A stretch of DNA of 64,000 nt, from the NCBI GenBank assembly GCA_027406905.1, contig DAHZHT010000005.1, positions 50,080 to 114,079 on the forward strand. The letters are read 5' to 3'. How positions within the stretch are numbered: position 1 is the first letter of the stretch; each line of letters opens with the position of its first letter. The stretch is from Elusimicrobiota bacterium. GTDB taxonomy: Bacteria > Elusimicrobiota > Elusimicrobia > UBA1565 > UBA9628. The notes beneath the pieces were generated by a model, which worked only from the letters and a program-made list of their open reading frames with translations, was not told where the DNA came from and searched no databases. The translations under genes were made by a program, and so were the position numbers. Positions 8,872 through 18,568 of this stretch are shown piece by piece.

Positions 8872-9780
8872 TTATTTTACGGGCGATTTCCCAAGATTTT
8901 CGGCGAAATCACGAAGGCCCTCTTTTATTCCCCGCATCAAATAGCCAACCGCCTTTTGCAGACGATCCGTCTTTAACCCCGCCTTTAAGGGCCGTTTCGC
9001 CTTTTGCTTGAGCTGCGAAGTCGGAAGTCCTTGAATTAAACTGGGGTCCAATTTAAGAATCCGCGCCGCCTCTCGCGCAAAATCGAGACGGGAGATAAAA
9101 TCGGACCCCGCGGCATGGATGATTCCGCAGGCATCTACTTTAATCAAGTTCTCTAGGGCCAGGGCCAAATCCTGGGCATATGTCGGCGTCGCCCATTGAT
9201 CGGCAGCGACCAGCATCTTCTCTTTTTGAGAAAGCCTTTTAAGCAATTGCATCGTGAAATTGTTGCCGCCCGCCTGAAAACTATAGACAGTGGTCGTGCG
9301 AACCACCAGATTACTCTCTGAAGCCTCTAAAACGGCTTTTTCTCCTTTGAGCTTACTTTCTCCATAGACATTGAGAGGATGCGTCAAAGAGTTTTCATCA
9401 TAAGGGCCGCAGGTTCCGTCAAAAACATAATCGGTAGACAGGAAAACGAGCTTGCCGCCGGGAATTTTTTTCATCTCCCGTGCGATATCGGCAGGAGATT
9501 TTGAATTAATTTGAAAGGCTTTTTCCCGAGAGGATTCGCAACCCTCGACATCCGTCATGGCCCCGCAAATAATGGCGATATCCGGGCGAACGCGAGAGAC
9601 GACCGCTGCGGCTTCTCCTTCTTGAGACAAATCAAGAGGCGTAAGGCCAGAACTCAAGCGAGAAAAACCCGTGCCCAGGGTCTGGTATTTCTCGCCAGAA
9701 AAGACCTTGAGACACAACCGCCCCAACTGCCCGGTCGCCCCAATAACTAAAATTTTCTTAGGCGAAGAATAAATCATCAT
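8872..9780 (-). CDS. rfbD: dTDP-4-dehydrorhamnose reductase-like (RmlD family)
   Basis: KILVIGATGQLG Rossmann motif, STDYVF, PLNVYGESKLKGEK (YxxxK). Colinear with RmlD. Confidence 0.75.
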   Translation of the reverse strand: MMIYSSPKKILVIGATGQLGRLCLKVFSGEKYQTLGTGFSRLSSGLTPLDLSQEGEAAAVVSRVRPDIAIICGAMTDVEGCESSREKAFQINSKSPADIAREMKKIPGGKLVFLSTDYVFDGTCGPYDENSLTHPLNVYGESKLKGEKAVLEASESNLVVRTTTVYSFQAGGNNFTMQLLKRLSQKEKMLVAADQWATPTYAQDLALALENLIKVDACGIIHAAGSDFISRLDFAREAARILKLDPSLIQGLPTSQLKQKAKRPLKAGLKTDRLQKAVGYLMRGIKEGLRDFAENLGKSPVK

Positions 9781-9820
9781 TATTATTCTAACAAATCATT
9801 AAATTTGATAGGATGAAATC

Positions 9821-10654
9821 GTGCTTTCCTTATTTCTGTGTTTTTTATTTCCCGTTCTAACCGCGCCTTTGAAAGCGAGCGCTTTAGAAAGCTCTTTTGA
9901 TCTCAATCTCTATTCTCTATGGCCGCAATCTCCAGCGCCTGTTCCTCTGCCCAGCCCTTGGAATCTTGAGCCCCTTCCGGATTTTTTACCATCCCCGATA
10001 AAAACTTCCAAATCTAGAAATCCGGCCGTCTTCGTGCGTCTCAAATTGAGCATGAAAACCAAGAAAAGCCTCAAGGATTCTCTGATAGACCTGGGCTCAC
10101 AAGCGGGGTTTCACCCTGATGCCCGGTTTAATCCTGTGGTGGATGGGCCTTCGAAAAAAGCCTTTATCTGGGGATGGATTCTTCCATCCAATATCAAGCA
10201 GGTAGCTAAACTCCCGACGGTCGAGAAAATATCCTTTTCCGACCATAAGCGCGAAACCATGTCCCCCTCTTCTCAAGAAACCCTCATTGTCGGCCTGGAG
10301 GTCAATTCCTCAGTTTCTAAAACATTGTCGGAGGATCTTCCACGAATTGTCAAAAATACGGGGTTTAAAGTCCAAAAAAAAATCGGATATCAGCCGATTC
10401 CCCAATCCGATAAAATCGCCCTTTTATTCTTAGGGCAAATCCCGATATCCAATATTGATCGCCTTCTCAATCAGCGAAATGTCGTCAAGGTATTACCGCT
10501 CATGTCGCGCTCCAAAAGAGCTTCTCCAAGCAAGGCCAAAAGCCCGCCGCCTTCCGCTATAAGCGCAGTGGAGCAATTGATGTTTTGGGGCGGAGCGGCG
10601 GGGCTTTTGATTGGGTGTTGTTTTTTTTACCTTTTAAGGTTCATAAGACCATAA
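9821..10654 (+). CDS. hypothetical secreted Pro-rich protein with C-terminal hydrophobic anchor and basic tail
   Basis: N-terminal signal-peptide-like segment. Central PxP-rich region. C-terminal LMFWGGAAGLLIGCCFFYLL followed by RFIRP. Confidence 0.4.
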   Translation: MLSLFLCFLFPVLTAPLKASALESSFDLNLYSLWPQSPAPVPLPSPWNLEPLPDFLPSPIKTSKSRNPAVFVRLKLSMKTKKSLKDSLIDLGSQAGFHPDARFNPVVDGPSKKAFIWGWILPSNIKQVAKLPTVEKISFSDHKRETMSPSSQETLIVGLEVNSSVSKTLSEDLPRIVKNTGFKVQKKIGYQPIPQSDKIALLFLGQIPISNIDRLLNQRNVVKVLPLMSRSKRASPSKAKSPPPSAISAVEQLMFWGGAAGLLIGCCFFYLLRFIRP

Positions 10655-10661
10655 TCTACCA

Positions 10662-11420
10662 ATGAAAAGACGTTTCTCTGCGGCTTTTTTGCTTGGAATC
10701 ATTCTCGGTCTCGGGGGAGAGACTCTTCTTCTATCGAAAACTGCCTCGAGGCGTTTCGCCGATAATTTGAGGAGAGATTTCCGCGTTCTTTTCTTTATGC
10801 CGGAAAAATCATCGCCACAAACTCTCTTAAGCGCTCAAAAATCAGTGGGCGCAATAGCCGGAACCCAATCCTCCGTTTTAATTTCTCCGGAAAAAGCTCT
10901 CTCAATTCTCAAGCAAGCGGATCCAGAATTGGCGCAAAATCTTTCTTTCTTGCCCACAAATCCAATAGCGCCAATCGTCGAAGCGACTTTAAACAAGAAA
11001 GGCCTCCTCTCTTTTCAATCCTGGATGGCTCAGGCCGCCGCTCAACAAAAATGGACCGAAATACGTTATCAACCGGAAGAGCTTAAATCTATTTTAAGAC
11101 TCGGGCTATATCTGCGTTTTCTGACCGTGGCGCTGACCGCTCTTCTATGCCTTTCTTCTGTTTTGTTGGTTTTAGGAGTGATTTTCCCTCTCATGGTTTT
11201 TTCAAAACGCTCCCCGCGCAAGATGATTGAGCTTCTTTCTCTTAGCGCGAAAACTTTCGGGGTTTGCCTTGTCGGCGTCTGCCTTGGGGGAATTTTTTCC
11301 GCCGCTTTTGCCTGGCCCCTGGGCCGCGCCATAGAGTGGTGGAGGTGGCCTTCCCTTTTAACTCAAGCGATATTCATTATTCCTGCGGCGCTCTCGGGCG
11401 CGATTTTATGCGTTTGGTAA
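10662..11420 (+). CDS. FtsX-like permease (cell-division ABC transporter permease family)
   Basis: One N-terminal TM helix, a periplasmic loop, then three C-terminal TM helices. Sits immediately upstream of a coiled-coil M23 (EnvC-like) gene and ctpA. No FtsE-like ATPase gene is adjacent. Confidence 0.55.
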   Translation: MKRRFSAAFLLGIILGLGGETLLLSKTASRRFADNLRRDFRVLFFMPEKSSPQTLLSAQKSVGAIAGTQSSVLISPEKALSILKQADPELAQNLSFLPTNPIAPIVEATLNKKGLLSFQSWMAQAAAQQKWTEIRYQPEELKSILRLGLYLRFLTVALTALLCLSSVLLVLGVIFPLMVFSKRSPRKMIELLSLSAKTFGVCLVGVCLGGIFSAAFAWPLGRAIEWWRWPSLLTQAIFIIPAALSGAILCVW

Positions 11421-12514
11421 TCATCTCGTGGTTATTTTTATCTCCTGCCGCGCAAGCCAAACCCCTCAGTCGAAAACTGGGCGAGATAAAAAGAGAAATT
11501 CTCGAAACCAGAAGGACTATCCGCCATTACCAAAGAACGGAAAGCCGCTTAAGAAAAGACGCCAAATTTCTCAAGAGACAACATTTGACCAACCAAAAAA
11601 CCCTTCGGCGCCTGAAAAAACTTGAAACCTCCGTCAAAAATAAAGAACAGGATCTGGCCCTCCAGTTAAAATCTCTGCAAGAGGACTCTAATTTTTGGTC
11701 TGAAGAACTGAAAAAAAATATCCGGGCTTATTTTTCCGACATCGAAACCGGAGGCGGCTATCAAGGCGTGGATTTTCTTCAGCAGGAACAATTCCTAAGG
11801 TTTTCTCTCGTCAATGATTCCGCAATGCTCAAAGCTCTCAGCGGAAGCGCTCAAAAAACCGTCCAGGATAAACAAAAAACGGATGAGGTTAAAGAGGGAA
11901 TCATCGCGCAAAGCCAAAAAGCCATCGCGCAAAGCCAAAAACTCTCCGCCTCTTTTTCCCGCGAACAATCTCTCATCCAAAGCGTCGCCGCAAAAAAAAT
12001 CGCGGCATTAAAAAGAGAAAAGAAACTGGAAGAATCTGAAAAGGCCCTGACGCTCCTGTTAAAAAAATTTAATCACCGAAAGAGAATGCGCCCCATTAGA
12101 AAGATTTATCGCCCTCGCCCAGTCATAGGCCCCCACTCCTTGCCTTGGCCCGCGCGCGGCAAAGTTATCAGTTTCTTTGGAAAGGAAAAAAACCCCGAAC
12201 TGGAGACCTGGGTCATTCATCAGGGAATACTCCTTGAAACTCCGCCCCGTTCGCCAGTCCATAATGTCGCTTTAGGGCGGGTTATCTTTGCCGGACCATT
12301 CCGCTCTTACGGCCAAATCGTGATTATCGATTGCGGCCGCGAATTCTTCGCCATCTACGGACATTTGGGGTCCATTCTGGCGAGAACCGGGGAAACGGTT
12401 GGACGAGGACAAACCATTGGAACCACCTCTTCCGGCCCGCGCGCGGGGAATTTATATTTTGAGCTCCGGCAAGGGACCACCGCGCTTAATCCGCTTGGCT
12501 GGTTGAAAAAATAA
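11408..12514 (+). CDS. EnvC-like murein hydrolase activator (coiled-coil plus LytM/M23 domain)
   Basis: Signal peptide MRLVIISWLFLSPAAQA. Long coiled-coil region. C-terminal M23 domain GQIVIIDCGREFFAIYGHLGSILARTGETVGRGQTIG. Start moved to the internal ATG at 11408. Confidence 0.7.
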   Translation: MRLVIISWLFLSPAAQAKPLSRKLGEIKREILETRRTIRHYQRTESRLRKDAKFLKRQHLTNQKTLRRLKKLETSVKNKEQDLALQLKSLQEDSNFWSEELKKNIRAYFSDIETGGGYQGVDFLQQEQFLRFSLVNDSAMLKALSGSAQKTVQDKQKTDEVKEGIIAQSQKAIAQSQKLSASFSREQSLIQSVAAKKIAALKREKKLEESEKALTLLLKKFNHRKRMRPIRKIYRPRPVIGPHSLPWPARGKVISFFGKEKNPELETWVIHQGILLETPPRSPVHNVALGRVIFAGPFRSYGQIVIIDCGREFFAIYGHLGSILARTGETVGRGQTIGTTSSGPRAGNLYFELRQGTTALNPLGWLKK

Positions 12515-12526
12515 TATGATGATAAG

Positions 12527-13864
12527 ATGAGATCCCGCTTAGGAAAAACACACTGGACCATCCTGATCATTTCTTTTTTCTCTTTTTTCGCCGCGACTCT
12601 TTGTCTGCCCGCCCAAAGTCAAGTCATCGTATCTTCATCTTCCCAAGAAGGGCTTTCCGGGGATGAGACCTATAAAAAAATTAAAACCCTAGTCGATGTT
12701 CTGCATTACATTCGCGAAGACTATGTCGATCCGGTTTCAACCAAGCAATTGATGGACGGGGCTTTGTCGGGCATGGTTGACACCTTGGATCCTTTTTCTC
12801 AATATCTGGGCGTTGAAGCGGCCGGAGAAATGGACACCGAAACCAAGGGTCATTTTGACGGAGTGGGCCTTCAACTCAACGTGGATGGAGATTGGCTCAC
12901 CGTCATTACTCCCATTCCAGGGACCCCCGCCTACAGCGCTGGCATCTTGCCGGGAGATCGCTTGTCCGCGGTCAACGGGAAAACCACCAAGGATGCAACA
13001 TTAAACGAGATTCAAAAAGATCTATGGGGAAAACCCGGCAGCAAAGTGTCCTTAACAATTCTCCGGAAAGTTCCGGAGGGCAATTCCGAAATCTGGAAGC
13101 CTCTTAATTTTACGGTCGAAAGGAAAAACATAAAAATAGAAAGCGTTCACTCTCGAATGCTTCCTAATCACATCGGATACATTCGAATCGTGGAATTTAA
13201 CGCCAACACCGCCCGAGACGCCTTGCTCGCGCTTAATTCCTTGAAAAAACAAGGGATGACGAGCCTTATTTTAGACCTCAGGAATAATCCCGGCGGGCTT
13301 TTGTCCTCTGCGGTTCAGATCGCCTCATATTTCCTGGCCGGAAAAAAATTAATCGTCTATACGCAGGGAAGAAAACCTGACGATCGCGAGGAATTTAGAA
13401 GCTTTGAGACCGCTCCATTTCCCGATCTTCCGATGATCGTTTTAGTCAACGGAGGATCCGCCTCGGCGGCAGAGATCGTTTCTGGAGCGCTTCAAGACAA
13501 TCACCGCGCTCTATTGGTCGGCATGCGCACATATGGAAAAGCCAGCGTTCAATCCATCATTCCTCTCGATGACGGCTCCAGCCTTCGCCTGACTATCGCC
13601 CGCTACTATACCCCGTCCGGGCGCTCGATTCAGCGCAACGAGACAGACCACACTGGCGGAATTCTGCCCGACATTGTCGTCAATGTTCCACCCAACATTG
13701 AGGCCAAACTTTACGATCAGTGGGACATGATTTACGCGAAAAACCAGAAACCCCACTCAATGGTCGAGAAAAAATACCGCGTCCCGGACAAAATTCTCGA
13801 CCGCGCGGAAGAAATTCTCAAAGCCCGCAGCATCTTGGGAACACAGGGAAACGCCGCCCCTTGA
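12527..13864 (+). CDS. ctpA: carboxyl-terminal processing protease (S41 family, with PDZ domain)
   Basis: PDZ segment GILPGDRLSAVNGK. S41 catalytic region GGSASAAEIVSGALQD...GMRTYGKASVQS. Confidence 0.85.
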   Translation: MRSRLGKTHWTILIISFFSFFAATLCLPAQSQVIVSSSSQEGLSGDETYKKIKTLVDVLHYIREDYVDPVSTKQLMDGALSGMVDTLDPFSQYLGVEAAGEMDTETKGHFDGVGLQLNVDGDWLTVITPIPGTPAYSAGILPGDRLSAVNGKTTKDATLNEIQKDLWGKPGSKVSLTILRKVPEGNSEIWKPLNFTVERKNIKIESVHSRMLPNHIGYIRIVEFNANTARDALLALNSLKKQGMTSLILDLRNNPGGLLSSAVQIASYFLAGKKLIVYTQGRKPDDREEFRSFETAPFPDLPMIVLVNGGSASAAEIVSGALQDNHRALLVGMRTYGKASVQSIIPLDDGSSLRLTIARYYTPSGRSIQRNETDHTGGILPDIVVNVPPNIEAKLYDQWDMIYAKNQKPHSMVEKKYRVPDKILDRAEEILKARSILGTQGNAAP

Positions 13865-14904
13865 AAGTCCTAGGAATTGAAACCTCTTGCGATGAAACCT
13901 CGGCCGCTGTGGTCGATAAAAAACGGGGTATCTTGTCGAATGTCGTGATTTCTCAAATCCCTCTTCACCGTCCTTATCAAGGCGTCGTTCCGGAGTTAGC
14001 TTCAAGAGCCCATTTTAAAAAAATAGCTCCGGTCATAGAAGAAGCGTGCCTAAAGGCCGGAATTAAACAGCCGGACGCCGTCGCTTTTACTCAAGGTCCC
14101 GGGCTGATGGGATCTCTTCTGGTTGGAAGAGTCGCCGCCGAGACGCTGGGACGGATTTGGAATTGCCCCGTCATTGGAATCAATCATCTTGAGGGACATA
14201 TCTTCGCCGCCGAATTAGAGGGCAAAATTCGTTTTCCCTTACTGGCCCTGATTGTTTCGGGAGGGCATACCGACTTGGTTCTAGCTTTTAAGCCCGGGAA
14301 ATACCGGGTTCTAGGCCGGACCCGCGATGACGCCGCCGGAGAATGTTATGACAAAGCGGCAAAGATATTGGGATTGGGATATCCCGGCGGCCCCATCATC
14401 GACCGGCTTGCCAAGAGCGGAGATAAGAACTCTATTATTTTCCCGCGCCCTTATCTTGAAGGGACTTTTGATTTTTCCTTTTCGGGGCTTAAGACCGCTG
14501 TTCTCTACTACATCAACAAACGCCTTAAAAGACCGATGAACGCTAAAATCGAAAGTTCCAAAAAGCCCGTTTTAAAGCCGGAAGAAATTTCAAATATTTG
14601 CGCCGGGTTTCAAGAAGCCGTCTGCGAAACCCTCGTCCATAAGACCCTTGTCGCCGCGAAAAAATTTGGGATTCGCCAAATCGTCGTTGGAGGAGGCGTT
14701 TCCGCCAATAGCCGCCTAAGAGAAATGTTTATCGCGCGATGCCAGGAGCAAAAGATATCCGTCAGCCTTTCATCTCTAAAACTCTGCACCGACAACGGAG
14801 CGATGATCGCCCAAGTCGCCATTCATAAACTCTCATCGAAAGCCAAAAAGCGCTCTTCTGAGAGTAAAAGCGACCCCGCCCTTCCTTTTAAGAATTGGGC
14901 TTAG
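13861..14904 (+). CDS. tsaD: tRNA N6-threonylcarbamoyladenosine synthase TsaD
   Basis: MKVLGIETSCDETSAAV N-terminus, read with TTG as the start, which overlaps the ctpA stop. Kae1/TsaD family throughout. Confidence 0.85.
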   Translation: MKVLGIETSCDETSAAVVDKKRGILSNVVISQIPLHRPYQGVVPELASRAHFKKIAPVIEEACLKAGIKQPDAVAFTQGPGLMGSLLVGRVAAETLGRIWNCPVIGINHLEGHIFAAELEGKIRFPLLALIVSGGHTDLVLAFKPGKYRVLGRTRDDAAGECYDKAAKILGLGYPGGPIIDRLAKSGDKNSIIFPRPYLEGTFDFSFSGLKTAVLYYINKRLKRPMNAKIESSKKPVLKPEEISNICAGFQEAVCETLVHKTLVAAKKFGIRQIVVGGGVSANSRLREMFIARCQEQKISVSLSSLKLCTDNGAMIAQVAIHKLSSKAKKRSSESKSDPALPFKNWA

Positions 14905-14916
14905 GAAACTAAGGCG

Positions 14917-16023
14917 TTAAAAACCAACTAATTTTTTAAGCCTCGGAAGAGGCTCCATTCCTAAGCCCGCTCGAGCTTTCGAAAGGTCATAAAGGCCTTT
15001 GCGGCCAATAGACGGACCTTTCCAGAGTTTTCGGGAAAACCAAAGCGGGGTATCCAAATCGACGAAACTAAAATCTCCCCTCCCGCAGGCAAAATGGGCG
15101 GAGGCCGTCATGGCCAAAGCGGTCTCGATATTTCCTCCAATCATTAAAATCTTTCCTTTCTTTCGAGCCAAATCCGCGATTTGAATATTCTCGATGATTC
15201 CGCATTTCATGAGCTTAATATTGACGGCGGAGGGAAAAGAGCGGCGAAACAAATTTTGGACGGCTTTAAAACTGTAGGCGGATTCATCGGCGCAGACGGG
15301 AACCCCGCCGTATTTTTCGACATCAAAAAGCCCTTCCAAATCTTCTCTTTTAACCGGCTGCTCAAAAAGAGCCGGCAAAATCCCGCGCTTTTTTAAGCGC
15401 AGAAGAAAATCAAGAGCTTGTTTTGAAGAATAGCCCTGATTGGCGTCGATAATTAATCTCGCCTTGGGGGCCTCCGAAAGAACCGCCAAAACCCGCTTTT
15501 CATCCTCCGCCAAATCGCATCCCACCTTGATTTTGATCGTTTGAACCCCCAATCGCGCGATTTTTCGAGCCGCCAGGCGAGACTTTTCTGGCGGAATCAA
15601 GGTCACCGTCACGTCCGAAAAAACGCGTTTTTTCGCCCCACCCAAAAAAGATCTTAAAGGGATATTTTTAAACCGAGTCCAGGCGTCTAAGATCGCCATC
15701 TGAATGGCCGCGCGCGCGGCCCCGCGTTCCGGCGGCATTCGCCGATCGAGTTTCTTTAAAAAAGATTCGACATCAGCAATCGATTTTCCTTCCAGAAATG
15801 AAATCTCTTCAGTCAGCGCGCGATAAGTCAGATCTTGACTGTCCCCGTTAAAGGTCGTAGAGGGAGCGCCTTCGCCGTATCCGACAGCGCCGTCTTTAAG
15901 GCGCACGCGGACCAAGACATTACTGGTCTCGCTTTGAGAGCCCGAGGAAATGGGAAACGGCTCGTTTAAAGGTTCGTTTAGCCGCGCAACCAGAACTTGA
16001 GAGATGACGGGAGAATCTCTCAT
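14917..16023 (-). CDS. enolase-superfamily dipeptide epimerase (L-Ala-D/L-Glu epimerase-like)
   Basis: Mandelate racemase/muconate lactonizing enzyme fold with IKIKVG, IIDANQGY and FEQP-type metal-ligand motifs. Confidence 0.7.
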   Translation of the reverse strand: MRDSPVISQVLVARLNEPLNEPFPISSGSQSETSNVLVRVRLKDGAVGYGEGAPSTTFNGDSQDLTYRALTEEISFLEGKSIADVESFLKKLDRRMPPERGAARAAIQMAILDAWTRFKNIPLRSFLGGAKKRVFSDVTVTLIPPEKSRLAARKIARLGVQTIKIKVGCDLAEDEKRVLAVLSEAPKARLIIDANQGYSSKQALDFLLRLKKRGILPALFEQPVKREDLEGLFDVEKYGGVPVCADESAYSFKAVQNLFRRSFPSAVNIKLMKCGIIENIQIADLARKKGKILMIGGNIETALAMTASAHFACGRGDFSFVDLDTPLWFSRKLWKGPSIGRKGLYDLSKARAGLGMEPLPRLKKLVGF

Positions 16024-16919
16024 TGAGGAATCAACAAAATCTGCGCCAATTCGCCTAATCTCTCGCTATTTAAATTAAGCCCCGCGTTTTGATAGACCGC
16101 CATTAAATTGCGCAAAAGCCGCATCAAAATATGGGAATTAGAGACCGGTCTTAAAACGCTTGGATCATAACTAAACCCGTTTTGGGCCAAACGCTTGCGC
16201 ATTCCGGAAACGTCGAGGGTTTTATTTAAAATGGGATCCCAGAACAAAGACGGGCGCCCGAGCCCGACAATAAAATGGCCCGGAAGACCAATCCCGAAAG
16301 CTGGAATTTTAAGCCGGCGCGCCAATATCAGGAAAAGAATGGACAAGCTGAGGGGCGTTCCCCGCCGCATTTCAATGACCCGGTTTAAATAGTTATTGTC
16401 CGGATCGTAATAGTTTTCCTCATTAATGCGAAAGCCCATGGCGTTGGAAAGAAAGGAGTGGAGGCGCTTAAAGGCCGTCGTCGAATTTTCGGAAGAGGAA
16501 ATATCGCTTTTAATTTTATCCGCGACATGGTCCAACCACTTGCGATAAATCCTTTCATCGAGAAGGGGATAGGCAAAACGCGCGATCAAAAAAGCTCCTT
16601 TTTCCAAATCTCTCTTGGCTTCGCTTAAACGCGCGAATTTCTCAAATTCCTTTTTAGTTTCTCCAAAGACAACGTCTGAGATAAGCCCTTTGGCCTTTTC
16701 AAAAAGCGGAGGATGAGAACGCTCCAAATCCATCAAATAAGGGAGAATTGGCGCTCCGATTTTGAGGATATGATCTCTTACCAAGGAGGCGCTATTGGGC
16801 TCTTCGTCTTCAAGCAACAAGACCAGGCTTCTTAAATTGCGGTCTCTCCCGGTTTTTCCCGCGCGAGCCTTTGTCTTCTCCATACTGGATATTGTATCCC
16901 CTGCCGCTGACTTTTTCAA
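16020..16919 (-). CDS. SirB1/YchA (UPF0162) family transglutaminase-like protein
   Basis: RRGTPLSLSILFLILARRLKIPAFGIGLPGHFIVG matches the family core. Confidence 0.6.
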   Translation of the reverse strand: MKKSAAGDTISSMEKTKARAGKTGRDRNLRSLVLLLEDEEPNSASLVRDHILKIGAPILPYLMDLERSHPPLFEKAKGLISDVVFGETKKEFEKFARLSEAKRDLEKGAFLIARFAYPLLDERIYRKWLDHVADKIKSDISSSENSTTAFKRLHSFLSNAMGFRINEENYYDPDNNYLNRVIEMRRGTPLSLSILFLILARRLKIPAFGIGLPGHFIVGLGRPSLFWDPILNKTLDVSGMRKRLAQNGFSYDPSVLRPVSNSHILMRLLRNLMAVYQNAGLNLNSERLGELAQILLIPQ

Positions 16920-18568
16920 TATGCGCCGCTTCTTACGATATTGGCCGCCTGGATAGAGCCCGAAGCGGCGAGCAATTTGGATAAAATCTTGCGCCCCTCT
17001 AAATCATGGGTCAAATCGTAAACGAAAATCGAGTTTCCGGCGGTGAAAGCGGGAGTTCTCTTTTTAAGCCAGGAAAATACATTCTTATCGGAAAAATAGA
17101 CCGCCTGGAGATTGGTTTCCGAAATGGCGAAGAAAAGCGGCCCGGAATTATCCGGAAGGACCGTCCCATCGCGACGGTCGACATTGGAATAAAACGCCAG
17201 AGGAAAGTATCGGATTCCTTCATATGAGGGATCGGCGACCCCAAAATAAGAAAGAATGATCGGTGGATTGCCGCGCTTTTTTAGTTCCCGTCCCAAATCT
17301 TTCAAGCCCTGCCCCCAATCCAGGCTCGAGTCGGCGAGCAGATGATAACCGCCGCCAGGCCCTCCGGTCAACTCGTTAAAATAAACGAGATAATGGGGGT
17401 AGACCCGAAATACGCTCAACGCCGTCCAAAGCGCGGCAACGATGAAAGTGGCAGCAAACATCGCTTGAGAGAGTCGAAGTTTTAAAGCGGCGACGGCGCG
17501 AGCGGCAAAAACAATCAAAAAAGGATAAATGGGGAGAATATGGCGATAGCCGATATCGGTTTTAGAAATTAAGGCCGCGATAAAGTAAGCCACCGGGGGC
17601 ATTAATAGCCAAATCTCCCTCTCGGAAGGCTTTTTTAACGCCAAATAAATCCCAAGCGCGGCCAAAAGAAGGAGCGGAATCGGGGTTTTGACCGCGAGAG
17701 CCACAGGGAAAAAATCCCAGAATCCATTTTGGCTATAGCGGCCCCATAAAAAAGACGGACGGCCGTGACTGAGTCTTGTCAGTGTTTGCGCAAGCCCGCC
17801 CCAATAAAGGGAAAGACCGCTCAAGCGGTAAGCGAACGCAAGAATCAACGCCGCTAGAAAGACAAAAATGAGAATTTGAGAAATTTTTGGCTGGCGCTTG
17901 GGAGACACCCGCGCCTCGGTTAAAAGAGCGCTGACAATGACTATCGGAAGGATAATCATGCTAAATTTTGAGGCCAAAGCCCCTCCCAAACACAATCCGG
18001 ACAAGGCCCAATCACCAAAGCCGCGATGAGGGCGGGAAAGGAAAAAACAGGTCAAAAAGTAAAAGACAGCCGGCATCGCGTCGGTGGTCGCCAGCGCAAA
18101 ATTGGAAAAAATCGGCGGGCAAAAGGCGAGGAAAAAAGACGCCGCAAGAAAGGCCGTCTCCCGGCCCAAACTCCAAGACCAAATCAAAACTGCGGGAAAC
18201 AAAATTAAAAGAAGACTGATTAAATTCCAAATTCGGGCGGAATTAAGCAAGCGAGAAGCGTCAACCCGATTTTTATAGATGAATTGATCCGAAAAATTAT
18301 AAAGCCTCCCGAAATCGGGATTTAGGGTCATGGTGGAAGGATTTAAAAAAAGAAGCGGAAAAGCCCCCCATATTTCCGCTAAGGGAGGATGATCGCGCCA
18401 GTTCAGCGGCGGCAATTGGGTTTTAAGCGCGAGATATCCGCTCGCCAAATGGACGGGCTCGTCATAGGTCGCGGATGAATCTTCAATCTGGGAAATTCCA
18501 AAAAATACCGCGGTAAAAAACGCGGCCAAGGCCGCCGCTGCCAGCCCCATTATTTTCGCCTTCGACAC
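16916..18568 (-). CDS. GT-C fold glycosyltransferase (family 39, ArnT/PMT-like polyprenyl-phosphate-sugar-dependent transferase)
   Basis: More than 10 predicted TM helices. N-terminal loop with acidic motif typical of GT39. 550 aa. Confidence 0.65.
   Translation of the reverse strand: MSKAKIMGLAAAALAAFFTAVFFGISQIEDSSATYDEPVHLASGYLALKTQLPPLNWRDHPPLAEIWGAFPLLFLNPSTMTLNPDFGRLYNFSDQFIYKNRVDASRLLNSARIWNLISLLLILFPAVLIWSWSLGRETAFLAASFFLAFCPPIFSNFALATTDAMPAVFYFLTCFFLSRPHRGFGDWALSGLCLGGALASKFSMIILPIVIVSALLTEARVSPKRQPKISQILIFVFLAALILAFAYRLSGLSLYWGGLAQTLTRLSHGRPSFLWGRYSQNGFWDFFPVALAVKTPIPLLLLAALGIYLALKKPSEREIWLLMPPVAYFIAALISKTDIGYRHILPIYPFLIVFAARAVAALKLRLSQAMFAATFIVAALWTALSVFRVYPHYLVYFNELTGGPGGGYHLLADSSLDWGQGLKDLGRELKKRGNPPIILSYFGVADPSYEGIRYFPLAFYSNVDRRDGTVLPDNSGPLFFAISETNLQAVYFSDKNVFSWLKKRTPAFTAGNSIFVYDLTHDLEGRKILSKLLAASGSIQAANIVRSGAY

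Noticed and set aside
11264-11407. N-terminal extension of the EnvC-like ORF overlapping the FtsX-like gene
   Set aside because: The signal peptide begins at the internal Met (MRLVIISWLFL...). The extension lies inside the FtsX-like last TM helices.
13720-13860. N-terminal extension of the tsaD ORF inside ctpA
   Set aside because: TsaD homologues begin at M-K/R-V/I-LGIETSCD. TTG at 13861 gives that N-terminus and overlaps the ctpA stop.
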